From Camelus dromedarius (Eukaryota): a stretch of 64,000 nucleotides of DNA. Position numbers and translations under genes: made by a program. Numbering within the stretch: position 1 is the first letter of the stretch; each line of letters begins with the position of its first letter. The notes beneath the pieces were generated by a model that was not told where the DNA came from, made no database searches, and saw only the letters and a list, made by a program, of their open reading frames with translations. The stretch lies in contig NC_087436.1 of assembly GCF_036321535.1 (NCBI RefSeq), positions 106,392,001-106,456,000 of the forward strand, written 5' to 3'. This document shows positions 12,831 to 25,186 of this stretch, piece after piece.

Positions 12831-14019
12831 TTGCTATTATTTTTATTCTAGCTCATAAAACTCTGAACTCTGAACATTAGGGAAGTAGAGAAAACCCTGT
12901 TCTTTGAAAGTTGAAGGGGAGGGGGGACCAGGAGTACCAGGCTCTTTCCTTTTCTCCAGACTTGTTTATTACTGCGGTAGGTTACCATGGAAACTTCCGG
13001 GATTAGGACGGTATTATTGGGTTAAGCATTCAATAAACACCTCAGGAGAGAAAAGCTATGACATGTATGCATACCGTAAGTAGTTTTCAAATGAGAGGGT
13101 TATTTGGGGGCAAGGAGGGGGTGGCAGTCACTGACTTTCTCATCTCGAGGAGTTTCCTGAGAGAATTATGATCGGGAGTTGAAACTGTGATCATCACCCT
13201 GCTCTGGCCCCTTGGAGGGCCATTCCCTAAAGTTGTCAGGAGTTACAGCCTGAATTTCGAACTGGGAGGCTGCTCTTTACGTCCCAGGGAGTGTGGCTTC
13301 CAAAATAGATTCCGAAGTGGAGAAGAACTCGGAGTGTTTTTTGAGAAGGGTTGACCTCCTTTCATGCCACTTACTGTGAATTAAAGCTGCGAGGGGAAGC
13401 TCGTTTGGGCTTGTGGTACAGCANNNNNNNNNNNNNNNNNNNNNNNNNNNNNNNNNNNNNNNNNNNNNNNNNNNNNNNNNNNNNNNNNNNNNNNNNNNNN
13501 NNNNNNNNNNNNNNNNNNNNNNNNNNNNNNNNNNNNNNNNNNNNNNNNNNNNNNNNNNNNNNNTTTTGTACCCAAGTTACAGGGTGCTCTTCTGCTAACA
13601 GTTCTTAAATGCAAAAGCAAATAGTTGTGGCCACAAAGGGCTTAATACATCTCAGCTGATTTTAGTTCTCAGACTCGAACTGGATGTGACTGGTATTGAC
13701 CTGCTCTGTGCATGTGATTTTCAGGTGGTCTGACTCTCCTCTGTCATTTTGTTGAGTTGTATTAGTCCCCGGGACAAAGGGTGACATATCCCAGCAGAGG
13801 TTAGGGCAGACACTTGACAACGAGAGGAGAAATACTGGTTCTACTAACAGGAGCAGCAGAACAGAGTCCTCGACCCGTGTCTTGAATGCCGGTTTCAGCC
13901 AGTTTGCAAATGTTTAATCAGTTATCAGCATGGAAGGATGCCCTGCATGAGTTCCTTGGATAAAGTATCATCACACGACAGAAATCACAGGGAGCGTGCA
14001 CCAAGGAAAAATTACAGTA

Positions 14020-14345
14020 CAGCTATATTTACTTAGTGCTGCTGCAGTGGGGTTTTATTTTCCACAGTTGGAAGGGGAACCACCTGTCTCACCCGCTGAT
14101 GTCAGAGAGCTCCCTCGAGACACAGGGCTGTTGGAAAGCACATGATACTGTATATATTTGCTCTTATGTCCATATCTGGCTAAGATTGGGTTTCAGATTT
14201 GTGCCCTATTGTGGAGTTCATTGAGCAGTGACTCCCAGGTGCCCTCCCACGTCATCATGCCCTTGTGAATTAAAAAGTAGCCCGTGTGAGCCCCTGTCCT
14301 GAGTGTTCCCTCAACCTGCCACGCACCTATTTTCACTGCAGTGAA
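14020..14345 (+). promoter_or_regulatory. PPARGC1A: PPARGC1A distal (alternative, exercise/cold-inducible) promoter
   Basis: Lies immediately upstream of exon 1b. Variant CRE CCACGTCA (14247-14254); E-boxes CAGGTG (14236-14241), CACCTG (14081-14086) and CAGTTG (14065-14070); TATA-like TTAAAAA (14270-14276); near-consensus MEF2 CTATATTTAC (14023-14032). CRE plus E-box control is established for this promoter in mouse and human. Confidence 0.7.
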
Positions 14346-14377
14346 ATGAATGGCACGCGTCTTGGGGGTTATCATTT

Positions 14378-14395
14378 ATGGATTCAGCTTTGCAA
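14378..14395 (+). CDS. PPARGC1A: Alternative exon 1b coding remnant MDSALQ (ortholog of ...MDSILK of PGC-1alpha-b/alpha4)
   Basis: ATG GAT TCA GCT TTG CAA followed by a strong GTGAGT donor (14396-14401); phase 0, in frame with exon 2. Upstream TTGGGGGTTATCATTT resembles the L-G-L-S-S codons of human/mouse exon 1b. Confidence 0.75.
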
Positions 14396-14411
14396 GTGAG
14401 TATGAAGAGGC

Positions 14412-14438
14412 ATGTTCTGTGCACCCAGTATCCTGCTG
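14412..14438 (+). CDS. PPARGC1A: Candidate exon 1c (1b') coding segment MFCAPSILL (ortholog of MLL of PGC-1alpha-c)
   Basis: ATG TTC TGT GCA CCC AGT ATC CTG CTG followed by GT (14439-14440), in frame with exon 2. ATC CTG CTG sits where ATG CTG CTG is expected. The donor (gtgttt) is weak. Confidence 0.45.
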
Positions 14439-16197
14439 GTGTTTTGGCTTTTAGTTTTCTTTCTAATTATCAAGATTTAAGGGAAAAAACTTTATCTACC
14501 GGATTTAGAGGTTTTATTTGCAGATTGTTAAAAGAGGCAAAAAAGGAATAGGATGTGCCTCTCCTTTTATTTTTATTTATTTATTAAACTTTATTTTTTG
14601 CTTGGTAGCATGTCAGTGTGGGAAAGTTGTTATAGAATGGATGAATGCCTAATGCCTAATTTGGAAAGGCTGAATAGGATGACCTTGCAATTTCAAGGGA
14701 CCTATTGCATGAGTATTATTATTTTTTAAGATGTTCAAAGAACTGTATAAACACTGTCTTTTGTACCTAGGAGAGAATTAGGCCTTTTAAAGGTAGTTCC
14801 TTAAGGCAATCTGAGGGCCGCTGCATTGCACAACGCCAGGGGGCACTGCTTTGGTCGTACTGAAGGATTCACACTTGTACTGTCTTGCTGACTATAGGCC
14901 CAATCCCAGGAAATATGGTGCTATTAGCATTGCTCAAACATTACATAAAAATAGAATTGTTACCGACAATTGCAGAAGGCATGCTATTAGTGAAGTTGTT
15001 CATTACTTTAATAGTGCCATGTATCTGAATTTGAATATCTTTACCAACTTGCAAATTATATGGTTGTTACACAAAATAGGTAGGAAACAGAGTTTCTAAG
15101 AGTGCAAATTACATTCTTGGGCCACATCAAATCAATGTCCTATTAGAGATCAGAACCAGGGTTCTTAATTCCCAGACTTCCCATGCTGCACACCTCCCAT
15201 TAAACTGATATTTTAAAGCATGCTTGGTATCTTTCTCTCAAATCCCAAAAATAGAGTAAATAGGATGGGTTAAGACCCCCTGGTTCATCTAATCTTTCCC
15301 CTCGTGTAAGATTTTCCTCTGAACCATTAAAAGCGTTATAATATATGATTGATATTAATTAGTTTTCTGGAAAGTATTGCACTCCTTAACATGAACTGAA
15401 CTAGAAATAAATATATTACCATGAATTAAAAATTTTATTAGTTGTGAAAAATTGGGTGAAGGCACCTATGTGAAATCCTAAGAGCAGGCGTCAAATTGAA
15501 TTAATGCCAGCACTGCCTTGAGATTAATCTGAGTACTGAATAAGAAATAGTATACCATAACATAACTGTGTTTACTGAATCATTTTTGGCATCAGAAACT
15601 AAAGCTACATTATAGATGCAACAACAGACTTTTCTCCCTTGGAAGAGAGAGGCGGGTGCATTTTGTAATTAAAGTGAATGTTACCCTCTGAAAAATGCTT
15701 CTGGTCTCCAGGAGGAAAACAGTCTTCTTGAGAACATTGCTTCCCTCGGACTTTGCATACTTTGTGCGGCCCTGGCCTTCTCCCACAGCCTAGTAGAGTT
15801 TTATATGATCAGCGCTATTTTCTACCCTCCCAATCTGGAGTCCTGGTTTGGGGGACTCACTTTCTAAATTTCCATCTCATTATTATGTATATGTTTTGAA
15901 AAGTTGTGGAAAGGTGTTGAAAAGATATATGGGATTGCCTCAGGGATGTTCTGTAAGGGATTCCTGATTCTACACGGTGGATGGTTTTACAGCATTTAAC
16001 ACAGGGCTGTGCGGGAAGAGGGTTAAAAATCCAAGGACCACTCTTGACTGGCTGGGATGGGAGTGATGCTCCCCAGAGCTGTGTGCTGCGGGGGCCCTGC
16101 TCTAATACCCCCTTTTATTCTGAAATTTCCTCATCTTGTCATTCATTCATTTTATTGGCATCTATGATATTACTTACTTGAGTGCAAAACTTCAGGC

Positions 16198-16492
16198 CAC
16201 CATTGTCAAACAGGAAGATTATACACATTGTATATGTAATTTTGAATTTTCTAGTCACTGCATTTGGACAAGGTAAATTTAATTCTAATAAAATATTTTT
16301 TCTAGTATGTCCAAAATATTATATCCATATGTCATCACTGTAAATTATTGATGAGGTATCTTCCATTCAATTGTTCATGCTTAAGACTTTGAGATCCTCT
16401 GTATATTTTGCATGGACAGCACACCACAGTTTTGACCGGACACATTTCAGATGCTCATACGTGAGTAGTGGCTGCTGCGTTGGACGCCACGG
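16198..16492 (+). mobile_element. MER33-like hAT-Charlie DNA transposon relic
   Basis: TATGTAATTTTGAATTTTCTAGT, GTCCAAAATATTAT and a CACATTTCAGATGCTCA...AGTGGCTGCTGCGTTGGAC terminus match the MER33 pattern. Confidence 0.75.
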
Positions 16493-17229
16493 TTGTCAAC
16501 TTATATGCCAACTTGGCAGGACATCCTTACACAGAAAAATTACTTGAAAGAAAAAAAACCCTTAAATATCTTAGACAAAATATCACATATCCTTTATATC
16601 ATGCTATCAATTTAAAAAGTGATTGTCTGATTGATCACAAATTCGAGAAGAGCGTAAATGCTGAGACGATTTAGTTGATGGGCCAGTGGTGGCAAAATTG
16701 ACTTGATGTTGGATTGTTTTGCTCCTGTGGCTTTCTTTTCCATTCTTGCCTCACAGATCTCATCATTTTAAAACACTATCTGCTACTTTGCAAATCTTCT
16801 CGAATTTGCGAACTCATGGGATCTTGTCAGTTTTCAGGCACCATATGGATGTCTTGTTTCTTAACAGAGAGACTCTTGAAAGACTTTTGGCTCAAATCAA
16901 TTCTGTGGCCAGCATCATGGAAACAAAAACTGTTTTCTGCACTTGCTGCTTCTGGTCTCTGTAGAGGCAGAGCCAGGTCAGGACTGGTATGAGGCTGGTT
17001 TTACTTTCCTTCAGGTACAGACACTTGGCAGACCGACAGCCTTGGTGATGATTCTGCGTGCACCCTCACAGAAAGTCAGCTTAATGTAAGACTTCAAAAG
17101 AAAGTCAGTTCTGCTATGTTTCTAGAACTTTTTTAGATGAGGAAGCCAGGTAAAGAGCAAACTTATTCATCTACTTTAATGGTGCTTGATGTTAAATGCC
17201 TTTTAAGTATCCATATGTGAATAACAGGT

Positions 17230-17430
17230 ATCCTTATGGAGTACTTCTTATACACCAAGCACCAGGCTCATATATATCTCATTTAACCCTAACACAAATC
17301 CTGCAAAAAAGGTGTTTTTATTGTCGTTTTCACAGATGAGAATGAAAGGTCAGATAGTTTAGGTAACTCACTCAGGATCACACAGATACCAAGTGGCAGA
17401 TCTGATCCCAAAGTTTATGTTCTCAGAGAA
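17230..17430 (-). mobile_element. MIR SINE
   Basis: TTTTCACAGATGAGAATGAAAGGTCAGATAGTTTAGGTAACTCACTCAGGATCACACAG. Confidence 0.75.
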
Positions 17431-17809
17431 TGAGACAATGTTTTCAAACCAAGTCAAAGACTCCCTTTCATAACGAATTTTAAACCCAGGGCAAAATACC
17501 ATGTTTTAGAGTTGGAAGTCTCCTTCGCTTCATTCACTGAAGAAATACATTCAGAGATGCCTAATCCTATCGCATCTTTTGATAGAAAGTAGGTCTAGAA
17601 AGTTGAAATGGCTTTGTCCAAGGTCAACAAACAAATCTACGCATCAGGTCCCTTGATTCCTACTCCTCTTCTGACTGTCTGTGTGGTTTAACTGGCTTCT
17701 TTCAGATGAATTGAACGTTCTGAATTTTTTTTTTTTAACTGAAAGGAAGCAAAATTTAAAACTTGGTAATGTAGGCACACTCTTTTCTCTTTGTCCTTTG
17801 TGCTCTTTA

Positions 17810-18230
17810 AACTTTCTATTGACATATACTGTGAACGCTGAGAAGTGCATGTATCATAAGGGTTTAGCTCCATGAACTTTCACTCACTAAACATGCCCAG
17901 GTAACCAGCACTGACAGCAGGAAATAAACCGTAACTAGCTTTCTGGAGCCCCTCCCCCACACCACGCTTCCAGCCTCCAACCACCACCAAAGGCAACCTC
18001 TATCCTGAGTTCCAGGCGCATAAATTAGGCATAGCTGTGTCTGTCATTGTTTATATAAAGACTAGAATAATCAGGTGTGCACTTTTTTGGTGTCTGGCTT
18101 CTTTTGCTTCACATTATGTTTGTGGGGTTTATCCAAATTTTGAGCTAATAGAAGTGTATTCATTCCCATTGGCGCCTTTGGCTATACTTTTGAAGTGTAT
18201 GAGAGCCTCAATGACTATCGTATTATGAGT
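17810..18230 (-). mobile_element. Ancient L1M 3'UTR fragment
   Basis: AAAGGCAACCTCTATCCTGAG...ATATAAAGACTAGAATAATCAGGTGTGCACTTTTTTGGTGTCTGGCTTCTTTTGCTTCACATTATG is antisense L1M 3' sequence. Confidence 0.65.
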
Positions 18231-21200
18231 GGAATTAATAAGTTTATCGAACATTAATTTGATTTAAGTTGCTCTTTTTAGAACGTTATAATCATAGTTT
18301 CCTTTGATTCAGTGTACAGCAAATAACAAAGCTCAAACATGGAGCTTAGCGGTTGCAATGCAAGGTACCTCCCAGCCAACCCCTCTTATCCTGTGTTTTT
18401 ACGCAATATTCAACATAGGGTAATATAATAGGGAAGACAAAGAGGGCACAGTCTGAAAATACCCGCGGGAGAGCGCCGAGCTGGAGTTCCCACTAAGTAG
18501 CTTTGTATGGCTGTGCAAAAGGTTAGGTGTGGCCTATTTTTAGGTACCCTACATGGAAATGGACGTCCTGAGATGGATGGTAGAAAGTTACAGCGCAGGA
18601 GTTGTCAGAGATTTTTGTTTTGAAAAGAGAGAGGAAAAGAATCCTTTCTGACCATCCGCTTGGGGCAAAGTACAATCTGGACTCTTTAGAGAAAAATAAA
18701 GTTTTTGGACTGTTGAAAAGGGAGACTCTTGTAAACTGCCTTTTGGAGATTGTTTCACAGGCCCAGAAATCAAGATTTCTTATGTTCGTTTCCTTATTGT
18801 TGCTTCTCTCTGGGAGCAGGACAATGGGAAGTTACATTTGTCATGGTAGAGGATACTGCATGAATGGCCAGCGTTGTCTGAGGATGGCTGGAGGTTTACA
18901 CAGGCTTTGTCCTGCCCGAGTCTATCATTTACCTGGTCTTACTTTGCTTACTCCGTGGTCACCAGGGATCCTTCTTCAAAATTTCTATTAGGGAAGTTAA
19001 TGTGCCTATGGCTATTAATTCAGCCCTAAAGGAAAATCTCTCCACGTTGACTTGGTTCATAGATTACTTGGTTCTGAAGCACAGATCTACCTCCTTCTAA
19101 ATCAGGTTGTATGTACAAAGGAAACAGCCAAATAGGAAAACGCGCTAACTCCCAATAATACATCAACTATACATCTTGTGATTCAGCGTTGGTTTCATAC
19201 AGTTGCTGATAATTCCAGGATGAAATATTTTAGGCATCTGACTTTCTTTTCTCTCTCCACACCCTACAGTAATATCTCAGATGATTCTTCTCAAATTAAA
19301 AAGAGGTAAGGTCTCCTTTTACCAAGTACAATGAACTTTTTATTTAAGGGAGGTGGGGAGATGCTCTGGTATTAGGGGGCAAAAGTGTTCCTTTAAGCTC
19401 TTATTTCCCTAGATACTCTAAGCCTTATTTCTTTTTACAGAACCTTAATTTTAGGATCCATCCTCTTTCCTAAATCTTCTCTCTCTGGGTTAACATCGTT
19501 TCATACCTGCTGTAAAACCAAATCACATATTAGTATGTTCAGTTGCTTCTATATGCAGGCATGAGTGAATAGTCACTATCAGACCAGCTTTGTGTTTTTC
19601 ATCCTTACTATGCAAGCAAGGACTTGATCTTCTACATGACTTGTACTACTTAATAGAATAAACGATAAACAAGATGAAAGCTTGCTATTTCTCTGGGGCA
19701 ATGAGCTGAGCTTTGTAAGAACCCTAGGTCTATAGAAGCCAGTCTTCTTACAGCCAACGTGCATCAAATGATTACATTTCCCAAGTTCTCTTGTGTTCTT
19801 TTTCTGAAATCGTTAGGAAGTTAAATATCCATCTTGCAAGGAAAGTGATGAAGCTATGGTCTTTCAGCAAAGCTGAGCACCGAACACCTTTCTTGCATGT
19901 CCTCCCTGGCTTCTAGTGGCTTTGTACAATGAAACATTTGGATTCACCCTGTGCAAAGAAGTCTTCTCAGGTTGCCTGTCTCTGTCAAGGAAGACACTTC
20001 ATTTCATTTGAGAGGTGGCAGGGATCTTAGATCTAATTGAATCCAGCCATCTCCGTTGACAGATAAGGAAACTGAGGCTTAAAATCATTAAGTGAATTGC
20101 CCAAAGTTGAACTGCAGGCCAATGACACAGCTGAGTGAGGACCCATGTCTTTCTTCCCATCCTTCCTCTTCCATTTTGGACTAAATCAAGATCCATAAAG
20201 TCACTCTACTTATTGGGAAGACTTGAGCCTCATGCAATCCCTTTAAAGCTCACAGACTTGGCCTTGCTTCCAGCCCCATGAACCCTCTTCTTACGAAAAT
20301 TCTTGATGGTCAAAATAATGTTCACTCAAGTGTATGAAGAGTGATTTGCAGGAAAGACTCATGAAACTGCGAGAAATTTTAACTCCAAGAGGCCAATAGC
20401 ACAGCTTTCATTCCTGTGGAGATAGTCAGCCTTCCTGGGGAGAGGGGGTGGTCCAGGCTCTGATGTGACATTTGGACAACCCAGAATGAGCTTCCTGCCT
20501 AAGAACAGGGCTGCAATGTGACAGCATTCACCCGGGTGGCTCCACATTTAGGAACAGACTGTATTCCAGAAGTTACCTTGCAAGTCACTGGTTTGCAACT
20601 TGGACTGCATTTTCCTCTTCCAGTCAGTTTCATTGTCTCCAGTCAAAGACACACCTCCAACAGCCCTTCCCTTCTTCCTTCCAGAACTGCCCCTTCCGAT
20701 TCCCCAGTCAGTAAAAATCCCTTCTTGAGAAACTTTCTTAATAGTTTCATCATACCATTCTGAAAGCATTTACTCATTTTTAAGTTTCTTGGTGTATGCT
20801 TCTGAACTCTGTTAGATGCTGGAAGGGTAAGAAAAAAAATATGATGAACAAGTAGATGCTTTTGGTATAAATAAACGAAGCCCCCTTAACCCTACCAAGG
20901 ATAACTGCATCTTTGAATAGAACGTTGGTTTAACTTAATTGGTGAAATTTCCAGTTGAGAAACAAAGTGAAGACAGTAGTGGCATCTGGGGGGGTCCATG
21001 GTTTGGGCCCACCTCTGAGGCAAGCTCGTAGTTGATAGCTTTCCTCTCCCTATAATTCAGGGCTGAGAGGATTCCTCAGTGCCAGGGAGTAACTTCTCCC
21101 AGCCTTGTATCCTGAGTGGAGTGGCTGTTAGACTCGATGTGATAGACAGAAATGGCTTCCTTTTAAATATATGATGAATATTGAGACTTATATGGGATGT

Positions 21201-21289
21201 CAGGGGCTATTTCTATTTGCTACGTTCCTTGTATGTTAAGAAGGCTCAGTCACAAGTCTGAATCTCTGTATTTCTGTAAAAAGTGAATA

Positions 21290-21930
21290 GTTTTTCTTCT
21301 TCTTCTGAATACAAAAGTTATACATGTTTATCACAGAAAATTTTAAAAAATTACAGACAGACACATATACTCACATACGTACCCAAATTAAAAGGAACAC
21401 AATGTCACTGGCCACTATTAACACCTGGTTATACTTTCTCCTTGTTCTTCTTCCTCGTCTTTCCTTCTGAGTGTATATATATATTTATAAGAAAATTTGT
21501 TGTGATTATAGTTTTTTCAACATAATTTTAAACCTTAATATATTTTGAACATTTTCTCATTATGCCATTAAATGTGTCTTACAACAGGTTTTTAATGATA
21601 GCATTGAATATACATACATAATGAATATATGTGTATGAATATATATGAGGTTTTATATATATAGTGCTCTATAATTTATTTAACTAGGCCATTATAGTTG
21701 AGCATTTACAACAGCTTTAAGTTTTTAATAAAGTAAATTATGTAGTATCGACTATCCTTATACCAAAAATCTTTGCACACACACCCCTGTTATTTCCTTA
21801 AGATGAACTTCTGGAAGTAGAATTTCTGGATCTACAGGGATGCCCAGTTTTAATTTTTGATACATACTGCCTGCTTGTCCTCTAGAAAAATTTTTACTCA
21901 CTTGTAATCCTACCAGTAGTATTTGACATC
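21290..21930 (-). mobile_element. Ancient L1ME fragment
   Basis: TTCCTTAAGATGAACTTCTGGAAGTAGAATTTCTGGATC...TTTTGATACATACTGCCTGCTTGTCCTCTAGAAA is an antisense L1ME motif; boundaries approximate. Confidence 0.6.
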
Positions 21931-24900
21931 TATTTTGGAGCTGCTAAATGTGGAGGTCAATCTTAGAAGTGGTCTTCTTGATTAAAAATATTTCCTCAAA
22001 AAGCCTGTGTCTAGTTGGGCTAGCAAATATAAAGTTAACTTTTATATAAGACATCACAAAATTTAGCTTAGACGTTAAGCTAATTTCTTCCTAAGATGAG
22101 AACTTACTTTCTTTCTACATCCCCTCATTTTTAGATATATATTAACTTTTCTAGAGTAAAATTCAAATACCTAAGCACTGGAAAAATCTGTTACAGAAAC
22201 AAAAGCAAAATAACCAAAATGCTTCCAAGTCTTATCTGGTGGGATTAAAAAAAAAAAAAAAAAGAAAGAAAGAAGGAGAAAAAGAAAAAAAATCACTTAT
22301 TTAACTCTTCCATTTTGAGAATTCTTGAAAATACAAGTTTGTTCTCTAAAATCAAAAAAACTTAAGCTTATTAGGACCCAAGTTCTAGAAGTACCAGGGA
22401 GAACTATTTTATCAACAATTTTTTTTTTAATTTAATAATTTGTGTACCCAGTTTTCTCTGACCCTCACCAACTTCATTAGGTGATAAAAATATCTTTCTT
22501 CTAAGTGAATTATTATGTTATTGAAGTTCAATAGCAGATTAAATTTGTATATACTACCAAATTTAATAAAATATGATGTGCTTTATTTTCAGTTTCAGTA
22601 AAAAAAAAATTGCTAAATAATCCTATTGTACATTTCTTGTTTAAATAATCAGTAACTCACTGCATTATAGATGAATTAACCTGAAATAATAAAGGAAATG
22701 AAAATGTCTGTAGATATACAACTACAGCAGAGTTAAGCACCAGACAAAATCAGGTTTTAACCATCCTTTTATTATCTTTTATCTGTGGGCCTAATAAGCA
22801 TTCTTCTTGTTTTATGTTTAGATGGGTCCAATTGACTGCAATTAGGATTAATTTTCATATTATTTTTTCTGTTTTAATGTGAAAAATGCCAACAGCAGCT
22901 TTTGAGGTCCGTGGTAAAATAAAGGCTGACTCAGTTGCATAGAGCTGGTCTACAGAAGGTTTTATGGGAGATGAGAGATGTGTTGCTTAAGACATCACTG
23001 CTTGCTTATTTTTAAAAAGTAAAAATAAAATAAATAAATGAATGTTAGGAGGCACTAAAGCTGTCTACTAATTTTCTTCAATTTTTTTCCCAAAGGTGCT
23101 TTGTGCACAATGACATGACCATGGCTGTTTTGTAAAATAAGACTTCATTTTAGAGTGTTTATAAGCCAGAGGCCTTTGTTATACCCTGCCCTGCTACCAA
23201 CTTTTGTGCCCTGCACAGTCACAGCTTCAAACATGTCCTGGAGGCTCAGAGCATGTGCTCAGACCCTGACATGGGGTATCAGGATCAATTAGCCCCTCTA
23301 GGAATTAAAAGCAAGCAATTGAATGCCTGTTAGCAATGATTAACTTTAAAAATATTAGCCATTCTGGGCAGATCCTTTTCCTTTCTAGGCAGGCAGCATT
23401 CCCAGGAATGTTGGTTTCCAGTTTAGTAGACAAGTCTCTTGGTTATAAAGTTGCCTGGGGGTACTTTGCTGTGCTTTTGATTTGGAAATGAATATTATTC
23501 TTATGTATGAAACTTCAGTTCTCCCTAGAAGGGTTTGCAGACATCTCTTCCCTGTATGCTCTTTTCAGCTGCTATCTAAATCCTTGCTCTGCCTTATTTT
23601 TCTCTGTTATAAAGTAGGGACACAGGTAATCTTTACTGGGTAGTTTTTAGGACTAAATTATTTAAAATGTAGTATGTAAAATGCTAATCTCAGTGTCTGG
23701 CCCGTGTAAGTCTGCTGTCTGTTTTCTTCTCCATTTTTCTCTCTTGAGAAGTTTCAGCCTTAAATATATTCGCATGTAGCTTATTGAAAGCTTATGAAAA
23801 CAAATGAGCAAAGATATTTATACTAGTCGCTCTTTACTTCTGAGTTCTCACCTATATACAAGAATGAGGCCAAAACCAATTCTCTCTGCTGTTGTCTACT
23901 TGGGTATTTGAGTTTGATTGTGTTTATTTTTTAGAAGTGGCCATTGTCTGAAATATGGATAGTGGGAAAAGCCTGTGATCTGGGGCAGGAGTAGGGAAGG
24001 AAACCCAGAAGTTAGGGACTTTGTCAATTTTTTTTTAATAGAATTGAATTATTCTCTTGAAGGTTTATTTTCTCCCCTGTTATCAGCTTTAAGGATAGAC
24101 TCTCTTGTCTCCACCAATGCTGGAGTCTTGGGAAACGTTAACAGAACTACTGAGGGAAGAAATTCCACTGGGGTGGAATCTAGGCCCTGTGTAGATATGG
24201 AACATTATGGACACTCCACAGATGTTAATAAATACCTTCTTCTATTGTTAGGACAAAATGGGGTTGACTTGGGTGTGAATTTAATGGTTAGTGAAAGGAC
24301 CTTTTACCTAGAAAGGGTGTGTTTTAAAGAGCACAGGAATCTGGATATTGAGCAAATTAGCCTTGTTTATTTTATATCAAATTTTTCTCCGTTTTTAAGG
24401 TCTGTCATCTCCCCAAATTGTAAGCCTCCTTGTGTCCATGACATATGCCTCCTTGGCAGTCCTTGCAGTACGTTACTGGGGACACAGTAAGGTTTCAATA
24501 GATCCTTGTCAATTGAAACAAAACATTTGGAACTCCTGGAAGCAGAGTTGACGAAGGGGTCAAAAGAGGGCTGCAGGGAGGAAGGAAGAGGAACAGTCAA
24601 GGCAGAGTGGGTATTAAGTGTGGAAACCTCCTGGGAAGCCGGAGAAGACCGAGGTTGGTGAGCAACAAACAATTTAAGTTCTCCTGAGAGAAGAAAACTG
24701 GACAGAAGAGAAATTTTAATCTGAAGAGCTAACTAACCAAGTTATAAGACCTCTAAAATATCCCTCTCTTTAGAGTTGTAATTTTGAGATTAAAAAAAAA
24801 AAAGTGGAATCTACTCTAATTTGTCCCAATAATCTATTTATATTTTTATTTGAACAGTAATAGAAACTTGAGGGGAAATTTGCAGTATGCTGTAGTTTAT

Positions 24901-24965
24901 AAATCATTTCAATGTTTTGACCCCTAACTAACCCTCTTTGTAATGGTAAGGAAAAAAAAGCAAGC

Positions 24966-24988
24966 ATATATATATATATATATATATA
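24966..24988. repeat. (AT)n microsatellite
   Basis: Read directly from the sequence. Confidence 0.95.
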
Positions 24989-25164
24989 AGAAAAACACCT
25001 CTGGTTTCAATGGATGTACTGATTTGATCAAGAAAAAGTGAAATGAGGTGGTAAAAAGACAAACAGGAAAACCCCAACAACATAAGATGAGTGGGTTAAG
25101 GTATCAAAAACAATAATGCAAAATGTTCCAGTGTAAAGAACATCTCTAAAAGATGTGAATAGGA

Positions 25165-25186
25165 TGTGTGTGTGTGTGTGTGTGTG
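25165..25186. repeat. (TG)11 microsatellite
   Basis: Read directly from the sequence. Confidence 0.95.

Noticed and set aside
13424-13563. N-run first suspected to hide exon 1b because of its distance from exon 1a
   Set aside because: The exon 1b-like sequence (ATGGATTCA...|GTGAGT) is visible at 14378-14401, so this run lies ~0.8 kb upstream of it.
23975-24490. Longest ORF in the track (171 aa)
   Set aside because: Non-ATG start, no recognisable protein similarity or splice context, and it overlaps an L2-like tail; probably a chance ORF.
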